A stretch of 63,833 bases of DNA, the filler included, from Stramenopiles sp. TOSAG23-3 (Eukaryota), in assembly GCA_900128585.1 (NCBI GenBank). It is 27 parts of 27 records of this genome, joined end to end, with 100 filler letters (N's around TTAATTAATTAA, not from the genome) between each part and the next. Parts side by side here need not be neighbours in the genome. Positions count along the whole stretch, not along the records: positions 55,906 to 57,412 come from LT645753.1; positions 57,513 to 59,018 come from LT645754.1; positions 59,119 to 60,624 come from LT645755.1; positions 60,725 to 62,229 come from LT645756.1; positions 62,330 to 63,833 come from LT645757.1; 22 more parts are not named here. One strand, written 5' to 3'. A program made the translations under genes and the position numbers. A model generated the notes under the pieces. It was not told where the DNA came from. It ran no database searches and saw only the letters and a list, made by a program, of their open reading frames with translations. Positions 56,758 to 63,833 of the stretch are shown one piece after another (position 1 is the stretch's first letter; every line of letters starts with the position of its first letter).

Positions 56758-57412
56758 TCATCCCATCACAATACTGGACTCTCTCCTCCGCAGCAAGTTT
56801 TGACCAAACAGCTTCCTCAAGACGCTGCTTACTTCTTCAAACCTGCTGGAGTCTTTAGCGTTCCGAAATACATAAAGCACTGCGCGCAAAACAAAACAGT
56901 ACAGTTCGACGCCTTGGTCTACTTGCTGCTGCTTTGCATAGTTTACGTTCGCTTTGCATAGGTTCAGTTCAGTTTCGCCAATGTGCACAATCAGGTCCGA
57001 GAGAAAATTCAAATACGATGGATCGTAAACTTTTCTTAATTTTTCAATGATGCCATTGTCTGCGCGTATTGATTCCCCGAGGGGTTTTGGGACAAAGCTC
57101 GCTAGCCCTAGCGTTTCTTCTGCGTTTACCTCTTTGATTTCGTTCTTTCGATAGATCAACATGTAAGCGCTAGTTGTTGAAGGCTTTTGCGAATAAAAGC
57201 TATAGGCCGAGCTAAAACTTTTGGCCGCTCCACCGAAACAGTCAGCTTCCATTCTTGACTGCGAGTCCCATGGAACCACCTTCAGATCGTTGCATTCTTG
57301 CCACGTTCCATCGTCTTGTCGAATGAACGCGTAGTAATGCCCAGTAGTAGCCTGCCCGCTGTGAATAATGATGCCAGACAATCGGTATTTTGTGCCGGTG
57401 CGTTCGGCAGAG
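56758..57412 (-). CDS. Ubiquitin-specific protease (C19) His-box fragment
   Basis: YRLSGIIIHSGQATTGHYYAFIRQ...WQECND...SAYMLIY. Confidence 0.88.
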
Positions 57413-57518
57413 NNNNNNNNNNNNNNNNNNNNNNNNNNNNNNNNNNNNNNNNNNNNTTAATTAATTAANNNNNNNNNNNNNNNNNNNNNNNNNNNNNNNN
57501 NNNNNNNNNNNNCCCCCC

Positions 57519-58784
57519 CTACCGTTTCAACTTCTTCAAGGTCTGCTTGGCCAGTTTTACTTTCTGCAGCTTCATCTTTTGAATTTGCAAGGACAACTTT
57601 TTGTCGACGATTGGAATGCTGATTATGGATATGTTTCTGCACGTGCGCCGTACGTAAGCTTTGGACAGCAGAAAAGACGCTGGATCCTCAATGACGGCCC
57701 CCTCCGCATCGATCCCGTCAATGATGTCCTTGACGGCTTGAAATGGACCTATGCTATCCCAGAAACCAGAACTCCCTATAATACAGATTTTTGTTTCGAA
57801 CGATAATTCCAATTCCTTGATCGAGGGTTCGGGAGAAAGTCCCAAATGACTTGCGTCGCTGCAGCCAAGGGCTCTCGTCACCAGTAATCCTGGATCGGTC
57901 GTGTCGGGTTCGCAAAGGCGTGCAGTCCCGCCACCAAAAGTAGTCCCGTGCTCCGTCAACGCCGCCCCACACTTAAGAACTCGCTTTCGTTCCTTCGTGC
58001 TGCTTACTGTGCTGTGGTTTTCAGACATCGCGTGGGCTAGTATTTTTGCAAGTTTGAGCGAGTTCTTAGAATTTTGAAGCTCCCCGACAACGACGCCGCC
58101 GCGTCCAACGTTTGCGCAGACAATCTTTGTTGGGAAGAGCCAGGCAATGGTAGCAGTGGACCCGCTTTTTCTCGATTCAAACCTGGGGACTTTCTTCTTT
58201 GCCTTTTTCTTTCCTCCTATAGACCACCCGGAACCTTTCTTTGACGACCCTTCGTCTTCTGCTAATTTCGATTCAAGAAGGATACTTTTGTGAGTGGCGA
58301 GAAAGGCTTCCCTCAGGGCTTCCGCACATGTCATTTTCCCCTTTTGGATCTTTTTCCACCGCGTCTTCAGCTCTGATGGTAACTTTGTGCTGGCCCATTC
58401 TGCTATTTCCACGCCGCCGTCCCCGATTGCTTCAAATATTCCGCACAAACCAGTTTTACCCACAAAATTTGGGATGAGCATCACGGTCTCTCTCAGCTCC
58501 CTTTCCAGCCCTATTTCGTTCAGAAATTTTGCACGTTTCAGAACTGCCGCAGGCGTGAACAAAAACCTTTTGTCCGTCGCTTCGTCAGTTTCCTCGTTTG
58601 ATAAATCATCGTCGCTCCGATCAAACTTGCTTTCCGATTCAAAATCATCACCTTTTGCATTCTTCTTTTTCACCTTTATCAAATCGAACGGCCCAACTTT
58701 CGGTTGTACGTATGTCACCCGCTGTTTCTCTAACGCTTCAGGCGGATAGTACTCCTCCGAATACTCAGACCCCGCCCAACTCAT
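57519..58784 (-). CDS. PP2C/PPM-fold protein, catalytically degenerate
   Basis: SGSTATIA, CANVG, ERKRV, PGLLVTRALG, LSPEP and GFWD are present, but the metal-binding Asp residues are replaced. Confidence 0.8.
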   Translation of the reverse strand: MSWAGSEYSEEYYPPEALEKQRVTYVQPKVGPFDLIKVKKKNAKGDDFESESKFDRSDDDLSNEETDEATDKRFLFTPAAVLKRAKFLNEIGLERELRETVMLIPNFVGKTGLCGIFEAIGDGGVEIAEWASTKLPSELKTRWKKIQKGKMTCAEALREAFLATHKSILLESKLAEDEGSSKKGSGWSIGGKKKAKKKVPRFESRKSGSTATIAWLFPTKIVCANVGRGGVVVGELQNSKNSLKLAKILAHAMSENHSTVSSTKERKRVLKCGAALTEHGTTFGGGTARLCEPDTTDPGLLVTRALGCSDASHLGLSPEPSIKELELSFETKICIIGSSGFWDSIGPFQAVKDIIDGIDAEGAVIEDPASFLLSKAYVRRTCRNISIISIPIVDKKLSLQIQKMKLQKVKLAKQTLKKLKR

Positions 58785-59119
58785 TCACCCCCTTCAGCCC
58801 GTACGCAATGCGATTTTATGCTGTTGCAAGTAATAATGTGAACAAGCTGTCGAAAAGAATACAGCGCACTAACAAGCTTTTGTTTTAATCGTTCTAAAAC
58901 CATATTCAGCGAAAGCTAGATTTCTCATATTAGAATTGTCGTCTTACAATCTTACAATCTTACTCTGGCTCCAAACTTCAACACCAATGTTCGTGTCCTT
59001 GCGGTTGTTTTTTTCCATNNNNNNNNNNNNNNNNNNNNNNNNNNNNNNNNNNNNNNNNNNNNTTAATTAATTAANNNNNNNNNNNNNNNNNNNNNNNNNN
59101 NNNNNNNNNNNNNNNNNNC

Positions 59120-60624
59120 GTCTTCACCAAAACGCTGTGCTACGGGATAGGCGAGCGCCAAGCGGCGATGGGAAACAAGCCCTACGCTACCTCGAACGAC
59201 TTGCTCGAGTTCGTCCAAATACGGGTGCACGAGAAGACCAACAACAGGATGCAGCCGTTGGGCGAGAAAATGCTGCACGACCACTTCGATGCGCCCTGCA
59301 ACGGCCAGTTCGTCATGTTTCACGAAGAGACCATACGGAACCTGGCGGCGAACGCCGAGACGGAGGCGGTAGTCAGGCCGACGACGAACATTGGCACGCG
59401 CGGCGTAGGAACAAAGTCGCCGGCCAAAGGCCCGGCGAACCAGGCCCAAAGCGTCGCAGCGTTTGGGACTGTTCAAGCGTTTGTGAACTCCATCGAAGGG
59501 GTGAAAATAAAGACGCCCCTGGGGCCGACCTTCGCCGAGCTGCAGGTGGCGACCGTTGCGGACCTTGCCAGCCTGCCCTTGGACAAGGTCGAAAGCACCA
59601 TACTTCCCCGGCTGAAGCCGTTGGAGCGGAAAAGGTGGGCCCAGGGGGACGTGATCGGAAACGCGAAGAAGCACGTCGCAGCAAAGCTGGCCGCCATCGA
59701 GGAGAGCGCGGCGAGCGCACGAACGGTGCAGGAATGGCTGACGCTACTCCCCGCTTCCGCGCAGGAGGCCGTGAAGGCCTGGTTGGTGGAGGAGTACGGG
59801 GTAGAACTAGACGACGGGCTGGACGACGTCGTCGCGATGGAGCAAGAGTTCCTGGGGCAGTTGGTGAACGCCGTAGTCGGCGGTGGGGCGCACGGCCAGG
59901 CGCAGGCGCAGGCGCAGGCGGCGCTGTTGGGGCTGTACAGCGGGAACGAAACGACGAAGACGTGGCTTACGGAACAATTCCAGGAGGCCGAGGGGAGATT
60001 GGCGGCCAAGAAAGCCATCGAGCGGCAGTTGAACTCGCCGGCAGATTGGGACGCCGTGGAAAAGGTCGTCGGGAAGAAAGCGGCGGACCAGATGAAGCAA
60101 GGCGAGGAGTTCACGGGAACGTTGGATATTTGCGAGAAGCAGATCACGGACGAAGGGTGTAAAATACTTGCGCCGGCGTTAATCAAAATGACGGGGTTGA
60201 CTCGACTGGATTTTGACAGCAACAAGTACGGAGACGAAGGACTTCAATTCGTAGCGCCCGCTTTAAGAACAATGCCAAATTTGAAGGAGCTTTATTTGTA
60301 TTCCAACAATATTGGAGTTGAAGGCTGCCGAACAATCGCTCCGGCCTTAAGAACAATGCCAAACTTGGAGACGCTTTCTTTGAATTCCAACAATATTGGA
60401 GTTGAAGGCTGCCGAACAATCGCTCCGGCCTTAAGAACAATGCCAAACTTGAAGAAGCTTTGGTTGTCTTCCAACAATATAGGAGATGAAGGTCTTGCTG
60501 TGTTGAGTAATGTTGTTGATGCTATTCCACTGCTGTATGATCTTCGTTTGTCTGATAATAAGATTGGTAATGTTGGTTGTCAATGTCTTCTTGAGTTAAT
60601 TGAGAATGATTCGTTACAATCATT
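59120..60624 (+). CDS. RI-like LRR protein with 84-nt repeats and a possible caspase-like (C14) C-terminal segment upstream; partial at both ends
   Basis: MPNLxxLxLxSNNIGVEGCRTIAPALRT repeats; frame open from the contig edge with VFTKTLCYGIG...DLLEFVQIRVHEKT..RMQP...GQFVMF. Confidence 0.8.
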
Positions 60625-60799
60625 NNNNNNNNNNNNNNNNNNNNNNNNNNNNNNNNNNNNNNNNNNNNTTAATTAATTAANNNNNNNNNNNNNNNNNNNN
60701 NNNNNNNNNNNNNNNNNNNNNNNNAAAGAAGAGAAAAAAGAAAAAAAGAAGCGAGCATCATTGAAATGTAGTATTAAAATAACATACATAAACACAGCA

Positions 60800-61161
60800 T
60801 TGGTGGGTGTCGTTGTTGTGTTGTTAGAAGATACATCACTACTTGTTATATAGTTTGCGTCGTTAGTAAATGACGATACATTAGTTGGTAATTGACTGCT
60901 TGTTAATAATGCTTCCGAGCTTACTAAAGCATTCTCTCCGTGGCTCGATATCGATATAGTGGTAAATTGGTCTGTTCCTGTAGATTTAATTAATTTATTC
61001 GATGTCGTGCTAAGATTAGCTAAACTTTGCAAAGTAGCATCAAAACTTTGGATCGTTCCATTCGGCACAAGCTGAATTGCCGCACGAGCATCTACCACAT
61101 TATTTTTTAAGAATTGTATAATATCGCCACTCCCTTGTCCACTAAGAAACTTATTACTCAT
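60800..61161 (-). CDS. Phage-tail-fibre-like viral protein, 3'-truncated
   Basis: QSFDATLQSLANLSTTSNKLIKSTGTDQF and PTNVSSFTNDANYIT resemble phage fibre motifs (QPLDATLTALAGL..A.KL.YFTG.D; PTKVSxLTNDxGYIT); starts 31 nt after the upstream viral ORF. Confidence 0.6.
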
Positions 61162-61192
61162 ATTAGTTATATATAATAAAGATTTTATATAA

Positions 61193-62229
61193 TTAATTGG
61201 AAAGAAACTTTTTGTATAATTTCTTCACTTCACCGGAACTTAATACTCCTATCGTATTTAATTTATCAATAATTTGACTTGCTTCGTTATACAGTTCATC
61301 ACTAATATTACCAGCGGATTGGCTATTGAATAGCAAACTTAAGCGTTCTATCATTTCATCTGGAGATGCTAAGTTTAGCCCTCTTCCCCTTTGTCTTTTG
61401 TTATCATTAAAATTACGTCTATACCTTGCTGGAGGTGTTCTTCTCTTGCTACCTGCTCTTCCTTCTGGTATTATCCCTCTCTGTCTAACAGCACTTACTT
61501 TTCTATTATTATCATAGTCTCGTCCTATTCCGTATCTCGTATTTTCTATTTCACGAACTACTCTACTTGCTCGCCTCCTTTTACCTCTTTGTTCTTCTGC
61601 TTCAAGAACACTTTGTTTTCTGTCTTCTCTTCGCCTACGTTCTTGTTGTCTTTCTCTTTTTATATTTGGCTGTTGTGCTTCTCCCACTTTTTCTTCTCCG
61701 TCATCTATATCCATATCTTCAGGATTATCTATATCCATATCACTTTCCGCACTCTTTTCTTCTTCGCTTGGTGGTTCAGGCATATTATTTCTTTCAAACA
61801 CACGTCTTGCCCTTCTTAATTTAGCATTGTTGTTAGCCCTTACGCTTATATCACTTGCCCTTAATGCTCTATAGTAGTCCATTAATGCCGATGCATCTAT
61901 CTCATCATAATCGATAAGTCGATTCGGTTTGAAAAGCAAAGATGCTAAATCATCGGTTAATTTTCTTGAAAACGTTTCTCCTGTTTTTTTATTTCTTACT
62001 GTGAATATATTTTGATCCAAATCAGATAAGTTAACCTCCCCATTCAATCCAAGCTTTCCTATTCCTTCTTTAGCAGTAACTTTAACCTCACCTTGTGTTT
62101 TATTCATACCAATTGTATTTTGGAACATAGTCAAGAACACATTTCTACCACGTTTGACTTCCTGTGTTAGTCGGTCTAATGCTTCTATGGTAGGTTTTTG
62201 TTTCATTTCGTTTCTTGTTAATGGTCTTT
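61193..62229 (-). CDS. Polinton/adintovirus-type basic core-like protein, 5'-partial
   Basis: Arg-rich region ending GRGL, then SPDEMIERLSLLFNSQSAGNISDELYNEASQIIDKLNTIGVL, matching the Polinton motif P-x-EL-x2-RL-x-LL-x-AS-x2-AGN...NE-x3-I-x2-L-x3-G-x-I. Confidence 0.75.
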
Positions 62230-63833
62230 NNNNNNNNNNNNNNNNNNNNNNNNNNNNNNNNNNNNNNNNNNNNTTAATTAATTAANNNNNNNNNNNNNNN
62301 NNNNNNNNNNNNNNNNNNNNNNNNNNNNNATGGTGGTTATTTGTATGCTATGTTGATGTATATTAATCTCATAACAAATGAAATTTCGTTTTTTAGTTTC
62401 ATCGATTCCTATGCTATGTACGTCTTAATCGCAACGTTCTTTTTATTGAAGAAAGCACGAAAAGGAATTTTGCGGGAAAAGAAAGGATCTGTATTCAATG
62501 CTATGTACCTACTATTCAAATATTTTTCACTTTGATCGAATAAAATAATAAAATAATATTAAAAAAATGCGAAACGAAAAGTTTAAAGAAACGAACGGTC
62601 AAATTTTTTTTCCTTCGTGTATTAACAGGTATACAGTATAGAATTTGCTTAATCAAAAGTTTAATTTTTTTTAATTTTATTTTTACTTTTTCCTCTCAAA
62701 TCAGGATTATTTAATCGAACTAATAATATTATTTTTATTATTTAAATCTTTGAAGATGGACATGTCTGTATACATAGACAGACCATAGGAAACCATTGAC
62801 ATCGTTGATAAAAAAAATAACGAATTTTCAAGAAAGAAAAGAAAGAAAGAAAAGAAAGAAAGAAAGAAAGAAAGAAGTCGAGTAACTGAAAGAAAGAAAA
62901 GAAAGAAAGAAAGAAAGAAGTCGAGTAACTGAAAGAAAGAAAAGAAAGAAAGAAACTCAATTAAAATAAATTCCAACAGTAAAACAAATGAAACGGATAA
63001 AACGAAAACTAAAACTAAAACAAAAACTAAAAATGTATTTTATGCTCTACCTCGAACTTTCCAACATCCGTAAACTCGAACTTTCCTATTCTTACATATT
63101 ATACATTCATTTCTATTCAAATGTCTTTAAAGATTGGAATAATGTTAAATATATTACTAAACCTAAAGTTCCAACGGAAACATTTCTAAAATCCCTTTTC
63201 AATTATTCCAGTGAAAATGAAAAATGACAAATGACAAATGGAATCCCTTTTCAATTATTCCAGTTATAATTATATACATAAGCATATCATTGGGATACTA
63301 CAATACTGTGTCCATATTTGTATGCTTTCGTTGTGTTGTACTATATTCGTATACTATATATAGGTAATTGTTTCAATGCTCTGACGGGCTTTTAATGTTT
63401 TAATCTTCCATTCGATCAAAGCATCTACAAGTACAAATATTATTATTCTAAATGCTTGTTTATCTATCAATCCAAACACATACCTTCAGATTCTATTGTA
63501 TAGAGATATATTTTTATGTTACAAACCCTATTAAAACATCCTATGTAAAATCCAATTCAAATACAATATATTGTACTATACTTACTAATCCTATCGTATC
63601 CTATGACAACCTCTTCTCATTTCTTGTAACCCTATTTTCTAACTCAATATAATTTGCGTATCTTCCTTCAGAACCATCAATTAATTCCTTCTTTAAATAG
63701 ACTTGGACCAAATAAGCCATAATTAAGGGAGTTTGTTTTTATTAATTATATATGCTGTATTTATGTAAATAGAGATATATTTTATCCTTTTTGACTGTAG
63801 TTGGTTATAATTAATATTAAGAAATGATTTCAT

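Noticed and set aside
25127-63833. Gene-neighbourhood or operon-like inference across the short contigs
   Set aside because: Contigs are ordered by length, so adjacency carries no information.
1-63833. rRNA, tRNA or snRNA genes
   Set aside because: None recognised by eye; a covariance-model scan would be needed to exclude them.

Overview
This window is not one locus. It holds 27 unlinked contigs (three of about 8.3 kb, 24 of about 1.5 kb, in decreasing length order) joined by 26 artificial 100-nt linkers (N44-TTAATTAATTAA-N44). The source is a gene-dense, intron-poor microbial eukaryote with GC-rich coding and very AT-rich intergenic DNA, plausibly a flagellated marine protist such as a stramenopile (inference). 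An exact inverted duplication and several head-to-head junctions between truncated genes suggest single-cell MDA chimeras. Contents: (i) ordinary host genes (DCAF7, WDR47-like, FIP1, RB-related, cNMP-dependent kinase, ABCD transporter, sulfatase, Qc-SNARE, USP, EF-hand proteins); (ii) a mitochondrial nad2 fragment using TGA=Trp with a hydrophilic in-frame stretch of about 190 aa; (iii) three contigs with Polinton-like virus (PLV)/virophage-type genes (A32 packaging ATPase pieces, a penton-like fragment, a Polinton-type core-like protein, a phage-fibre-like protein, a viral-type zinc finger); (iv) four unrelated tandem-repeat receptor genes (63-, 66- and 84-nt LRR units and a 117-nt WD40 unit on a NACHT-type protein). 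Their repeat scaffolds are nearly identical at DNA level while only ligand-facing codons vary. This is the best candidate for an undescribed diversifying recognition system, possibly linked to the viral elements. Also seen: a ~70-nt dispersed repeat, an enriched ACACAGCAT motif, and a 29-nt sequence shared between a viral and a host contig. All family calls come from motif recognition by eye; no database search was run.
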